Positions 38,658 through 52,780 of a DNA stretch of 64,000 bases are shown here, piece by piece. The DNA is from Yuukianura sp. NJ FZ-2021 (taxonomy: Eukaryota). How positions within the stretch are numbered: position 1 is the stretch's first letter; every line of letters begins with the position of its first letter. The notes under the pieces were generated by a model. The model was not told the DNA's origin, searched no databases, and saw nothing but the letters and a program-made list of their open reading frames with translations. Both the position numbers and the translations under genes were made by a program. The DNA lies in NCBI GenBank assembly GCA_046563655.1, contig CM102286.1, positions 3,348,001 to 3,412,000 on the forward strand. Direction: 5' to 3'.

Positions 38658-40278
38658 GATTACGCAGATTGAACTCGACTTCGGAAGAAAAGCTGAGGTC
38701 CTTGACCTTGTTATGAGAAAAAAAAACAAATATCGAATTAAATTGTGATTACATTGTTGAAACTGATCAGTAATATCATAAAATGTAATGTATGCATAAT
38801 AAACAACTAATGGAATCGAATTCGATTTCAATTACCGTTACTTCCTCATTCCTCGTCCCCTCCCCGTCTTCTTCTTTGTTCGTGGCTACTGAAATTAATG
38901 ATGAAATCTATTGTTGCTTTCCATTCACACATAAACTATGATTTGTGTGAAAATATGAATTGTTACCTACTTACTCCTTACGATTTCTGCGCCCTTATGT
39001 TCCTGTCCCTTGATTTACACAGAAGACACAACTGAATGAAATTATGTTACTGGAACGCTGATTTATTCCTTTGTTTCATACAAAAGTAAATTCAGGGATA
39101 CAAATGACGAAGAAAAACGTACTGAAAGCTAACACAGCTGACACTATTGCATGACAACAACAACGTAAATAAAACACATATGAGCCAACCACCCGACCCC
39201 ACATTCAGCCCCTTCGCAGGGAAGGATTTACGGTTGCCCATGTCTATGCCTATTATGAGATTTGACATTTAACGTACCGTAATATTCCGAGTAGAATACA
39301 GCCTGGTGTTTTATTGAAAACTGATTTAACTTTAGTGAAATTTGGCGTTGAGGTAAGTCTTATAAAGAACTTTATGTTTCATTTTACATGGTGATTAGTG
39401 AAATTCAATAATCCCACAGGATCTATCGGTAACGCTTCAATATGAGATAGCGATAAATTTCCAAGACAGAGTATGCTCGGTTATTTTACGGTAAGGGGTG
39501 TAGATTGTAGTACTTACTTTTTTACGTATATCCATATTTTTACCATATATTACGTATATGGATTTTGTCGTGTACGAGGATAGTTTAAGCGGGAGTAGAG
39601 TGCGCCAGCATTTAACTGAATCAGATTAAAATCATATGTTAACTGCCGTTATGTCGTTTAGCCATGTTCGATCATTTAATTAGAATAACACATTTTTGCC
39701 ACAACCGCAACGGTTTCCGTTGTTCTCCATGATCTTCTCGGTAATCGTTAATTAATTACTAGTAAACTCCTCCGCCGCCGAGCCTTGATTAGGAACAGGT
39801 AAGTAGTTAACAGAAATCAATAAATATTTTTTTTATTTGATTCCTTCCATGAGGTCAGGTTCAGCTTCAGATGAATGTCTTCATCTGTCAGATCAAAAAA
39901 TTTTAGTTTTACTGTACCGTTCAAGCATGATTCACTTTGACAAGTATTACATGCGTCGTCACCAGTGTCAACACTAACTACCAGGCTGAACGGCTGAAGC
40001 AGCCATTCGATTCGCGGGTCACGGTAATTTTGTTTTTCATTCCCGTTACAGGAAGGGATACGGTGGACAGTGACAGTGGACGAAATTGCAAGCCAAAGAT
40101 GATAGATGTCAAGCAACACAATAACTGGGTCAAACAAGTTTGAATTTCCCAACTGGTCTGTGCGGTCGTTTTGAGAGGCAGGTCCAGACCGGCGCCAACC
40201 TGGTCATCGGGGCAACATTCCAGATTCCAACTCAAATCATAAAGTCGTATCGAGGTACCAACCGTGGAACGCTCAAAG

Positions 40279-41677
40279 ATGAATACTGGCGGCGCAGTTA
40301 GAGTGAACAAATTTGCAATTTCTGTCATTGGATGCCTTCTACTACTTCTCATCCTTTACAATTTGTCATGGAAGAAAGTTGACAAGGTCTCAATAAAATC
40401 ATCGCCGCAAAATGAGCATTCCGGGGAAAGCACTAATATTATCAGTCTTAAGAAAATCCTTAGTGCATCAATTGACGTTGCAGAACGCGGTGGGATTGAA
40501 GTCTTTCAAGTTAGAAAAGAGGGAATTAAAAAAGGAGATAATACAATCGGAGAACAAACTAAAGGTAACGATTTTCAGTTTAACTAATCTTGTAAACGCC
40601 TGAGAAGCTGTAGTAACTCAGAACACTGGCAGACCTAACTCACTTGATATGTTCTTGTTTAGGGAAAACAAAAGAGGGTGCGAATGATCCAGTGACGGAG
40701 GGAGATTTCCGGTCCCATCGTGTCATGTACTATGGAATGAGACGCGCCTTCCCCAAAATTAAGGTGGGTTATCGTTAACACAATGTTAATGTTAGGATTT
40801 GACACTTGTAAACACTCTTCATGTTTTTATTCAGGTTATTTCAGAAGAGCACACCGAGAACAGTGGAACTGAAGAAATTAAGTTACCGAATTTAGAAAAC
40901 CAAGACGTGAGTCAGACTCTATTTACCGATGAAATTTTCGATGCGGACAATGTCGCTGTTTGGGTTGATCCCTTGGACGCCACGAAAGAATACACTGGTA
41001 AATTTCCACTCTTTCTTTGGATTAGGATGAACTGTATTTTATGTTCCACGTGATTCCTTGTCTCTAGAAAACTTGCTCCAGTATGTCACCACAATGATTT
41101 GTGTAACTGTGCGAGGACTTCCAATTGTTGGCGTGATTCATCGGCCGTTTTCTAAAGAAACGTATTGGGCAGCAGTGGGTCATGGTAACTCCAGGAATCT
41201 TAACCTTCTAGCAAAGAAGGGGAAGACGGGAAACGATCCTTCTCATGATAAGTTTCGGATCATGGTTTCGCGATCGCATACTGGAGAAGCTCATAACCTC
41301 GCAGCAAAAGCTCTTGGCAATGACACATCTTTTGAAATAATTCAGGCAGCAGGAGCAGGTGAGACATTTAGAATTACTTTATAAAGTAGACATATGTCTA
41401 TTAGCTAATCGTGAATCTTTGCCGTGCAGGACACAAAGTGCTGGAAGTTATTGGTGGGTCGGCGGATGTATATTTACATGTAACTCTAATCAAGAAATGG
41501 GATTTGTGTGCTGGCCACGCTCTACTGGCCAGTTTAGGCGGGACGATGACTACGATCAGTGGGGAGTCGTTAGATTATTCTTCCGATACGAATCCCGCCA
41601 ACAGTCAAGGCGTTCTGGCGTATCTCAATCCACATTCATTATTGGATAAGCTAAGAAATATACGTTTGGGAGAATAA
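40279..41677 (+). CDS. IMPAD1: Golgi PAP phosphatase / inositol monophosphatase 3 (IMPAD1/BPNT2-like)
   Basis: N-terminal signal anchor; GKTKEGANDPVTEGD; ISEE; VWVDPLDATKEYTE; VSRSH; AGAGHKVL; IKKWDLCAGHALL. Confidence 0.92.
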
Positions 41678-41959
41678 TATGAAATATTTGGCGCACTGTG
41701 TAATCATACTGAAAATTACAATCACAATTACAATAGATAGGTTGTACAACGTTGTATTTATTATAACTTCTGTTGTGATCTTGAAATATTCTTAACGCCA
41801 TTAATATTCTTAACGTTTGTGTCCTTTTCTAGACTGCCTACATGTTGCAAGTGTTGATTAACACTTTCTAGAACTACGTAATATTTATTAATTGTCTTAA
41901 GACAATAAAATAGTAAATTCTAATTACATGTATTTCAGTTTCGTGTGTTCCGTAAATTC

Positions 41960-44456
41960 CTAAGATTGCGAAGTCATGTTAAAACACTGATTTTCGTAGC
42001 TACTAAAACTAAAAAACAGTTCCGAGGACGTTATTGTGGTAAGGAGCAAAACAATTATCGTAAAGACGTTGATTACAAATCCAGGCAGCATCATGTCACC
42101 CAATTTGATATTGTCACTTGCATTGTAGACCATGGCGTTGGGTGGAGTCGACACTGGAAGAACAAATGCGTAGGAGCAAACTGTGGCAGCGGGCAGAACT
42201 AGATACAGCGGATGGACGTCCTTTACGTACGACTAGAAACCAAACATTTTGAAAATTTTGAAAAAAAAAAAATTTCCAAACTTTTTTAAATTTTACCATT
42301 CCCAACAGAACTGGCGTAATTATGGCTGCAACAGCAGTGTTACTGGCCACCGTCGTCAGGATTGCGATCATCACGAGAACAAGAATTAGCAACACAAAAT
42401 TAGGCAGCGATTGCAGTGTTTCGTTTGAAGCTAGAATTGCACCAAACCATTTGTTCAATCCAGATTCCTTGGCACCCACCGCCATACTAGCACCGCCACC
42501 TTTCAAAAAATGAAAATTTGAAAACTCATTTCGAATATTGGATTTGAACTGAAAATTTTGAATCAAATTATTTTTGAGTTACCCAATAGCAAGAAGATTC
42601 CCCAAGGAAATTTCTTCTGGACGAAGGACCAATTGAGCAGTGGATCCTGGAGGCCTTCACTCAACCCTGCACGTCAGAAAAACATTTAGACAAGTGAAAA
42701 TTCCCTTTAAAATTTTTGAAATTTTACCTCCTTTTTTAAAATTTTGGAAATATGACCATTTGGATGGAATTATGAACATGAGAATTGTAACTAGCAGAGT
42801 TGGAGTCGCTTCTTTGATGATGCTATTTCCTTTTTTAGTTTTTGGAAAAAACGAATCCCATCCTGGCATGAACTGTGGATCTTTGAACACCCATAAGGTG
42901 ACCATGACACCAAACAAAGTAAGAACCGCCCATTCATTAAATTCAATTGGCCCTAATGCCCGATACTTCGCACAAATTGTTTGCTTGATTCTTTGTTGCA
43001 TGGATCTTCCAGATTTGGCCGCTAAACTCTCCGCAGCAGTATCCCTCTTTTGCCAAAACTTCATCCGAGCTGGAATTCCTAAGAAATGCAACTGGAGATA
43101 AAAGTAGACGAGCAGCGTGTTTACAATCATCGATGGAATGTTGAACAGCATCCAGTCCAGGAAACTAATTTCCAGAATATTTCGACATCCCGGGGCTGTA
43201 GTCGGTTCTTCACTAAAAATACAGTAAACAACATTTTAGTCAACATTATTCTGAGATTTTGGCTTTTAAAGTATGATTCTTTTTTCAGAACCTACGAATC
43301 CTTGCGGACTAAATCCAATACGATTAGATTCGTTGCGGATCCAGTGATGACGCCAGTTCCGCCAATATTCGAAGCATAAGCGATTCCAAGCAGAAACATA
43401 ATATGAACATTCTTGACCAATTTTTCATCTTCGTAATTTCTCCTTGACTCCTTAACAGGCTCAGATTCTTCAGCTTCCGTCGGACTTCCCTCGTCCGCTA
43501 CACTGCTCCTCCTACCAATCGAACTGCTCCTTCGACCAATCGGAATCATTTCAATGCTCACCAGAGACAAAATGGAAGCTCTACGACCTGTTGAATTGTC
43601 AACCATTTTCTGAAAAAAAAAACACAAAACAAAAATTTTTGAGTTTGTAGTTCCTGTGAAACGGAATCAACGCATGCTCCAATCAGTATTTGTGCTACCG
43701 TTCGTAATTCTTCCACCAATGCATTGACAATTGGAATCATCATGGCAGTTGTACTGGTATTGTTCATCCACATCGACAGAAACATTGTGGTGCCCATCAA
43801 GCCCAGAAGTAATCTGTAACCGTTAAATTATCACTACTTAACTTACTCAAATTGTCATTCTTATTACATTTTCATAGAAAAATTGAATTTGTACTGTGAA
43901 ATTTTGGTTCCGACAAGCATCATGACTTTCAGAGCTATTCGAGAATGGAGGTTCGAAAATTCAAAAGACAAAGCAATTATGCATCCACCAAGCAGGAAGA
44001 GAAGCGAATCTTGCAAGTATACAGTCGTTATGCGTTCTGTAAGGTAAGATTAGTTAGTCATCACCAAAACATTCAAAATTGGTAAAAATTCATTTCAATT
44101 TTCTAATTTTTTACCCGTAGAAAGTATTCCAAACAACGGAAATAAAATGATTGGAAGAAACGCTGTGACAGGAATTGGAACACACTCAGTCATCCAGTAA
44201 ATTCCCATCAAGCACACTACGAACGCTGCGTATGGTTCCTATGCAAATCAAATAATTCTTCAAAATATAATTTTTTTTTAAATATAATATTATTTTTTTC
44301 AGAAAAATTTCAAGGTCAATACACTAAACATACTTGACCGGAAGATCCGCCTTTCCATGTCAGCGGTATCGCACTCAACACAATCGGAGTAAGAATTGTA
44401 AGTTGAAATTTCCATGTCTTTCTAATGGCTTTAAAAACGTCTGTTTTATAAATCAT
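41960..44456 (-). CDS. SLC13 / DASS family carboxylate or sulfate transporter (Indy-like)
   Basis: YWMTECVPIPVTAFLP; LHSRIALK; FLSMWMNNTSTTAMMIPIV; AYASNIGGTGVITGSATNL; VASNTAVAAI; YAFVLPVSTPPNAMV. Confidence 0.92.
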
Positions 44457-45097
44457 AGCAATTTTTCTAAAAACGAGTTGCACATTCAACTTAAGTACTG
44501 CAAATAGAAAATATTAGACTCCAAGCATGCAATAACTTGGTTTACTAAAACTGTGGAGTCATGCGAATGCGGTTATTACTGGTCTCTAGACATGGTTAGA
44601 TTTGAAAACTGACAGTGACAGACAACCACAAGCGATGTAGTATGAAGTGACTCCTTTCATAAATTTTTCAATTGAATATAAAATTGTAGAGGGCTTTGTA
44701 TAATAAAAGAGAATAGATTCAATTGCGGTTTTAAATTCACAAAGGAAGCATCAAGAGACATTTTATATAAAAATGCTATGTACAATCATGATTTCCTTTC
44801 AAATGCTGACGCATCTTCTGCACGAGAAGTAGCTAACCTCTGAGCTTTGTTGAGCAATTGAAACATGACCTCTAAAAACTTCCACTGCCATTCTAAACGT
44901 ATATTTTTAACCTACTGCGTACATGTTCTAAAATGGAACTGCACAAACCAAAACTAATTGATTAACTAAATCGTTTCACGCGCTTTTGTATTAATACCAG
45001 AACACTACAAAATATATAAACAAAATAATTTAAACTTTTCCCAATAAACTGCATACATTTAGGTTAGTAATCCTTTACATTTGCTAACTTTTGTAGC

Positions 45098-47663
45098 TTA
45101 ATGGCAGTTGTTAATGTTGTCGCTTGAGCTGGCTTTGCAAATGTGATGCGAAGGTTTGCGTTTTATCATGTTATTGTTGGAGCCAGTCGGAATGTTTTGT
45201 AGCTGAACTTGATTCGAAGCGTCCTCTAGTTCTATTTGGGCTTCTGCGCATGAGCAGTAAAATTTCACAATTATGGGATGTAGATATTTGCTGATGTCAT
45301 GTCCAGGCGTCGGTTTTAGGAAACAGTTGGTGGCTAGGCTTACAAGAATCCCAGTTATTACTGTAACTGCGGATCCTATAAACGGGTACAAAATGTATGA
45401 TACAGTGAACAGCTTTGTTGGCCATTCTCTGCAACATTGGAAAAAAAAATTTGTCATTGCTAATAGTTGAAAGAATGGACAGTTCAACTGCAGTCCAGAA
45501 CTTTGAACGATATAACTTACAAAATTTCGAGATTTGAGTCTAGAGTGATGTCTAAAATTGTAGAATTTGACGGACAGCCATCAACTGACGTCGGTAGATT
45601 CTTATGAACGATATTTAGCAACTGTGCTTTGTACGTCAGGAATCCAGTACTCAAAAGCCCCAAAATCATTCCCACTGAAGCGCCAATTTTGTTTACACAT
45701 GGGCAGAACACTCCCATGATAAATGCTCCACCGAGTGCCCCACCAAAAGTGCCTATAATTGTTATGGACACTTGGAAGATTGAGCCCAGTTGCCCCGCGA
45801 TGAACGCAAGCGCAACGGTGACGACTCCATAAATAGCCGCTGCAAATCACGCCAAAGCATTATGAACAATCTACATATGTACTATTCTGCATACATAAAC
45901 TGCGGTAGTGTCTTACACAAGAGACATGTGACACGGCCTTTGTTGATTGTCGATAGAGATTCGAAAAACTGTATTCGACACAAGAAATCTTGCCAAGTAA
46001 CTGCAGCTAAAGAGTTTAGGGATGAGGACAATGTGCTGAGAATAAAATTACAATTAAATTAATTGAAATTTAATGAATTTAAAACAATCTTACCTCAGAA
46101 CTGCACTGAAAATACAGGAAGTAAAGAGGCCAATCATGCCCGGTATGTGAGCCACTTCTTTCACGAAGAAATAAGGAACAATTTCATCCGCATTTTTAAT
46201 ATCTCCGGTTCTGATTGGATCACATCCTGAATACACAGCAAAGATGGAAACGCCGGTGAAAATTATTAGGACAAATGTAAGCTCCTTAAAAACGGCATTC
46301 CATGCCATAGCTCTGAAAATGTTCAGGAAAAATCAGTAAACTCTAAAAAAAAAATTTAAACACTAAAAAACACAATTTAAAGAAAAAAAGGCTTGGATCA
46401 CATGATAGCGTCCTTCAGCGTGGGAAGACTTGAGTATCTTTGCACATTCGGCTGATGAGTTCCAAAGAAACAAATGATGACCAATCCATAACCAAGCACG
46501 AAATTCAAAGTGTTGTAACGCTCAAATGGGTCAATATTCCAACTGAAATGTTAATCAAGAGTCACAATTTAAATGTTACTTCGAAGTTTAAAAGTTTAGA
46601 ACCTAGGTTGACATACTTGAAAAGTTGAAGTCGTCCATGATCATTTGCCAATGAAAACGCTTGACCGAATCCACCAACAGCCAAGAAACCGCTGACAACA
46701 ATCGCCACCATTCCAATTATAATCAGAAAAAACTGGAATACGTCTGTCCAAACCACTGCTTTCAGCCCGCCCTTTTTAAAATTCAAGCTAATCAACTACT
46801 GAATTTTAATTTTAGTCATATTTTAATTTTATTTTAAATTTCAATCAAATTCCTCACAATTGAAGTGTAGAATGTGCCGCAAATGCCAATTCCAACAATG
46901 GATACCCACTGGGGCAAACCGAGAAACCGCTCGAGTACGATAGATGGCGTATACAACGCTAGTCCAGTCATCAAAGTAACTTCCAAAATGAAAAGAATAG
47001 ATGCCAAACCTCGCACTACTGTTGAATCGAATCTGTACTCTAAATACTAAAGTAAACTTTCAAAATTTTGAAATATTAAAAATTTCAACAACATTTAAAA
47101 AATCTAATTACCTCAAAAGCACTAGTCAATTTCATTTTGTACAGAACAGTCACAAAAAGCCAAGTAGCCAATGGGATACAGGAAAACGTAAGAATCAAAT
47201 CCATCCAAAATATTTGAATGCCATTAGCGTAGATTTCAGCCGGAAGTCCTTATTGACGCCAAAGTTCAAGCGGAAACGAAATGTTAAAAAAAAAATTCCA
47301 AAGATGTTCCAAAAAATTTTTTTGAGAATTACAAATTCTTTTTTTTCGTTCGGAATCAAAAGGTCTTACCGACTATAGCCGTTGCTGAACTGAAATTTAA
47401 AAAATGTTAAATCATTCAAATTGTTTTGTACTAATTCAAAATTTTAAAATTTTGAAAGTAATTTTTTTGTACAAGTATGTGACAAGCATTGAAGCAGCAA
47501 TTGGAAGTGCCTTCATATTTCTTCCTCCAACAAGCAGATCTTCGCTGGTTTCTTTTCCAGCGCCTTTCAGCGCATGATAAACACCGATTCCAAGAGAAAC
47601 TAATAAAGTTAGAGCTACCATCAAGTAATCGATTACTCCAAAATAACTTTCTTCAACAGCCAT
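45098..47663 (-). CDS. SLC5 sodium:solute symporter (SMCT/SLC5A8-like)
   Basis: LLVGGRNMKALPIAASML; GLPAEIYANG; FEYLEYRF; YTSIGGLKAVVWTDVFQ; HQPNVQRYSSLP; DEIVPYFFV..PGMIGLF..FSAVLSTLSSSLNSLA; includes a 20-nt exon at about 47370-47389. Confidence 0.93.
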
Positions 47664-48159
47664 TTTTGCACAACTTTTTTTTCCAATGTATTAAAATTGA
47701 CACTAAATTAACTAATTTCACTAATGACAAATTGGAAAGTGCGTGTGCGTATAGACTAAGGTACAGAAAGGCATTGCTCATCATTACAAAAAATGCAAAG
47801 TAGGTTAGCGTCTACGCACTGCTACGAAGTTTTGCGATTGCAACATTTTGGTAAAACCATTGCCGAATTGCACAAGCAAGAAGAAATCAAAACAATCACC
47901 CATCCATCCCCTTCATTTGTCATGCTTGTCCATTGTTGTCAGAAGTCCACCTTGCAGGAGTGAAATTAGGGATGACTGAAGCATTTACAGTTCGAAATGC
48001 TGCGAAATTTAGCGTTTCAAGGTTATATCATTTTAGTGTATTTTTTTGTTAAATTTCAGAAGCACTTAATCATGTATAGGACGAAATACCGCACAACCAA
48101 AACAGAAAATGACATGACAAAAGTTTTTCATGACAAACGTTTTATTTTGGTTCAAATTT

Positions 48160-49737
48160 TCAATTAACGAAAAGAAGCTTAAAAACGTCCGTGGAATGCG
48201 GATTTCTCAGCGCTTTTGCCATTTTGCCTGAATCCCATTTTCGACAGTAACGCCACTTAGAGTCAAGGTGGTCCCCTTGGCATGTAAATCCAAGGTCACA
48301 TTCAACAGTATACGAAATTCCAGTAGAAATGGAAGTAGCAAAGGGATAGAAGTAGTCTTTCCGTAGAATATCTACAGGATTATACCCATCAGCATCAGCC
48401 CCATCTTGGATTAAGCCACACTGTTTCCCCTCTTGCGCTACACACATGTGAATTTCCGAGCTCCAAGAAAGTGAGGCGTCGTAACACTGACAAGTGCCGT
48501 TAACGCAGCCCAGGCCCTGGTAGTGGTTGCATAAAGTTGAATTAAAATTCTTAGTTGGTGTGGAGCAGTTTGATAAATGAGTTAATAAGCATCGTCCGTC
48601 ACGCGCCGCTGAAAATCCATCGACGCATGTGCAGTGGCCATCCTTGCAAGTAGAGTTTTCAACGCACTTTGGTCCGCTTGTTTCTGAACAGTCGAACTTT
48701 GCTCGTATGTTACAAGTAGAATTAACGACAGAGAACAAGTGAGCTGTTCCATTTTGGCACTGGCATGCACCGTTGACGCATGTCAGAAAGCGTTCAGTAT
48801 TACAATCTGATTGTTTGGAACATCCAACTTTGTAACTTGCAAAACACTGTCCAGCTTTTGTTGACGTAAATCCGGGTGCGCAGACGCAGCGTCGTTCCTC
48901 CTTGTTTGACAAAGTATCGCGGTAATCTTCATCGTCATCGCGTCTGACATATAGAGCCATTTCTCTCAAATTTTGAACATAGTTAGAGCAAACAGCATTC
49001 ATACCACAAGGATTGACCTCTCCCCGCCAAGTATTGCAGCTTTGCCCAAGCGAAGTGACACATCGAGACAAATCTTTGTTGTAAGCCATAGTTGTAGTGT
49101 TTTCGCAGTCGCATCGGTCAGATTTGTTGCAAATCAGTCCTTTAGCACACTGGAGATCTCGAATTGTGTAGTTTCTGGAACAACTCTGACCGAAGTTTCG
49201 GGCAAGACGACATTCTCGTTGTTCTCCCCAGGATAAACCGGTTTCAACAAACCCGACACTGCACTGGCAAGCCCAATACCGTTGATACTTCATTAACTTG
49301 TAATACGACCGCATTAAAGATGCAGGTCCAGCAGATTGATCAGGATCAAACGCAGGCCGACATGTTGAATTTGTTAAGCAAAAATCCTTGTCTGAGTTCC
49401 GGTAGCAATTAGATCCAACTCCGGCACGACACATCTTGCGATCCTAAAATTGGAGTGTTAACCATTTAGGAGGAACTGGAACACTTCAAAATGGATTAGA
49501 AATTCAATATCTCACCTTGTCATACACACGATCGTAAGTGCAAACGCAAGTCTTACTGTAGTAATTGCATTCCATGTTTAATTTTGCATTGCACTCCAGT
49601 ACAAAGGATCCTCCAGAGCTCTGATGAAAATAAGTGCCGCATTTTGCACCGTAGTCGACCAATGCCTTGGTCTCAGTCGTAGAAGTTCCGTCACAAGCGA
49701 TAGGTAGCACACAAAGTAGGATAAGAAATCGCTTCAT
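48160..49737 (-). CDS. Secreted Cys-rich protein with tandem EB/EGF-like modules
   Basis: Signal peptide MKRFLILLCVLPIACDG; repeated modules such as FLTCVNGACQC, CVENSTCKDGHCTCVDGF and GLGCVNGTCQC; two exons. Confidence 0.8.
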
Positions 49738-50097
49738 GTTCACTTCTCCAACAAACTTTTTTTTTCTTCAAAATTTCGAAAAAGTGACCGTGACAGAGAT
49801 CTTTTAAGCACAACCTTGCTCTGTATCCGAGTTGCTTAATTTGGACCCGATTTCAAAAGTTTGCATGTAAGGCCGTGGCGTGCCTTCTACTAGGCCAAGT
49901 TCAAAAGGAATCGTTACAAAGGACCAAAATAACGTAACATTCTCTATCAATTCATTATAATCTAATTAGATTAATAATTGTGATTGGTATCTTTTCCCCA
50001 AAATGTATTTAGGATTCGTATCGGTAGCGGGAAAATAATGTAGTCATGCAAATGTAAAAACTTGAAAAACTAACTAACACTAACACTACTACTATAG

Positions 50098-51680
50098 TTA
50101 TTTTAGGTAATCGTAAAGCCTGTTGAATTCTTTTTCATCGGTTAGACAATGCCGAATTGCTTGGAAGAAGAGGTCGAATTGGTGGAGGTTGTGCCTGCAA
50201 TATTTAAAAAAAACAGATCAATTAAAAAAAAACACTTCAAAAAACGTTTTGGTATTTCTTGTTACATCATCAGCAGAACTGGCCCCAATAGCTCGGACGT
50301 TGCGAGTAAGTGATGAACGTATGCCCTGGTGAACCTTCTGCACGTATAGCAAGCACAGTTACTGGAAATCGGAGAAAAGTCATCGAAATATCTGAAAGGT
50401 AAAATAAAAATTGACATGAGTAATGTCCGTCGTTAGAATACTTCCTAAATCATCTTACTTTTTATCCTTAATGTTGAGCAATATTGTTTTGGATTCAAGT
50501 AATTCTTTCGGAATTGTCGCTTCATTACTTGAAGTGGTGGGTTCATCATCTACGAGATCATGCGAGGCTAAAGACTCGTTGACTTGAGAGGCACAATCGC
50601 TACTACTGCCGGTTTTCACGGATGACCTTGGAAGAAATGAGTCCAATTCCAGGCAAAAGGCTTGGCCGTCTTCTGTCGCTAGAGTCACAGCGGAGGAATC
50701 GAATAAATCAATTCCACCTCTAATTAATTCCAGGATTTTAACAAGTTCAAGGTTTCCTGCAACGAAACGTGGTTTCGTTTGTGGAAGATGTGATAAGACT
50801 GTGGAAAGTACTTCTTTGTCTATCTTCAAAGTGTCGTCACATTTTGTTACAACTCCATTTATAACAAACCCATTCAGTGCTTCCTGTTTCTCTCGGATTT
50901 TTGCCAAGGTCATTTCAGCTTCCTTTGGAGCCACATGAAACCAAGCTGACTCAATTGTAGCAAACCCGCCACCATTTGTATTTTGAAGAACTTCATCGAG
51001 ATATGTATTGGTTCTCTCTATAGACTTTCTTGTCCTCTTGACAGAACTGGACGATGTGACGTCGTAGTCACTGAGAATTTGAAAAAAATTCGGCCGGAAG
51101 CTGTTTACTATGTCAATGAATTTTGAGCTCGACAAAGACTGTCGACCTTTCCTTGTCCAAATCGAAACACCGAATTTGTCATTGAAACCAGGAACTAACT
51201 CACGCAGAGGATTATGAACAGTGAGTAGCGATGGTAAGTTCTAGAATTATTTTGAAAATAACTTTTGGTTCAAATATCCCTGACAGATTTTAGTTAAATT
51301 ACGCATAACTTACCTTGTGACCTACGAAATCGGAAATTGTCATCCCAGAGGGTTTGACGTTTTCGTGGAATGGGAATGTTGTATCAATGGAGATTTGCAG
51401 AAACGGTAAAGACGCGGGAAACGCCTTGTCACAAACTTCCTTGGTGAGATGAGGAACACTGCCCGCCTAACGAACCAGGCACGCATGTTTAAAACAGTCG
51501 TCAGTCCTTATTTTAATTAATCCAGTATTTCTAAGCAAGTTGTGGAAATATTTATACACATACCAATGTATGAACAAAAAATCCGGGAGTTTTCATAGAG
51601 TTATCATTCGATTCCAAAATCCCGATTCTGGCACTTGTTGATTCTATAGTCTTCGCAATGACAAAATTGAACGGATTCAT
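50098..51680 (-). CDS. QTRT2: Queuine tRNA-ribosyltransferase accessory subunit 2
   Basis: [81 protein letters not shown] zinc site. Confidence 0.92.
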
Positions 51681-52780
51681 TTTGTGGAAAACCTGGCAGA
51701 GCCTCATCAACGGCAGTTAGCACGTCTTCCGCTTCGGACCGGAATGCTTTCAAGTTGTATGTGAATTCTCTGACACCTGGACCTGAGCATTAAAAAAAAA
51801 TGATGTTTTTATGAAGTTTATCCAGAGCTCAGCTGCTAACAAACAATTTCAAGATTACGTTATGTGACTATGTGAGGCTACCATTTACCACATACGTGTA
51901 ACCAACTTTTCATAAGCTTGTTAACGATCAATTTCCTGCTCGATAAATTGGAGAACTTCTCCGGACGTCGTCAAAACCCGGCCCCTTTCCGCTTGTCTCT
52001 GTCCGGCTTCTCTCTGTTGTCGCTGTGTTTTGTCAACAATAAATTTATGTTTTTAAAAATTACAACAACACGTGTTGTTGGTTCGTGTAAAAGTTGTCCT
52101 AACACGTACTACCAGCACCACATTTGCCAGTGTTGTATAACTGGGCACTCTTAAAATAAAAATAAGTTAGCTTTCAATTGTTTTAATGCTAAAATAATTG
52201 TTGTACTATCCTAAACTACAAAATCAATTAAATTAGGAGATAATAAAGTTATTTTCAGCATTGATGTTGATTGTAAACTCTTTTTCCATGCATAAAGAAG
52301 TTGCATTTTAAAAGTCGTGTTTTGCAATTCTGCAATTTCAGCTGGGGCTGAGGATTAGTGTATCCGTGTTGTTTTTTTTTGGTAGAAGTAAGTCCTAACG
52401 TAAGTTATTGTATCCATCGTTAGAATTATATGCAAAATGAGAAATGTTTCTGTACCCACCAACAGTAACAAACTGGAAATTCAAAAATCGTCAATTCACA
52501 TTGTCTACCACTTTTGTGTCACGCGTATAACGTATAAATAGCAAAACGTAACGTGGAGGTGAAGGTACATTCTGAGTTTGGAATTTTTGAACCTGCGTTG
52601 TGTGGGGTGAAATCGGGGGATCGGGTACTAAATGTGAACTGTGAGTACAGTGACTGGCCCTAAGACTTACTTCAACCGATTCTCTGCTACTCGGTGCAAC
52701 AGCTGACCAAAGAATTGTTAACTTTAATAAAAGTTAAGTCTCTGAATAATCGCTGATCGATCACGAAGTGGAGCTCCGAA

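Noticed and set aside
39817..40352. Overlapping ORFs upstream of IMPAD1
   Set aside because: No recognisable protein features; more simply the 5' UTR region, with donor-like sites near 39353 and 39799.
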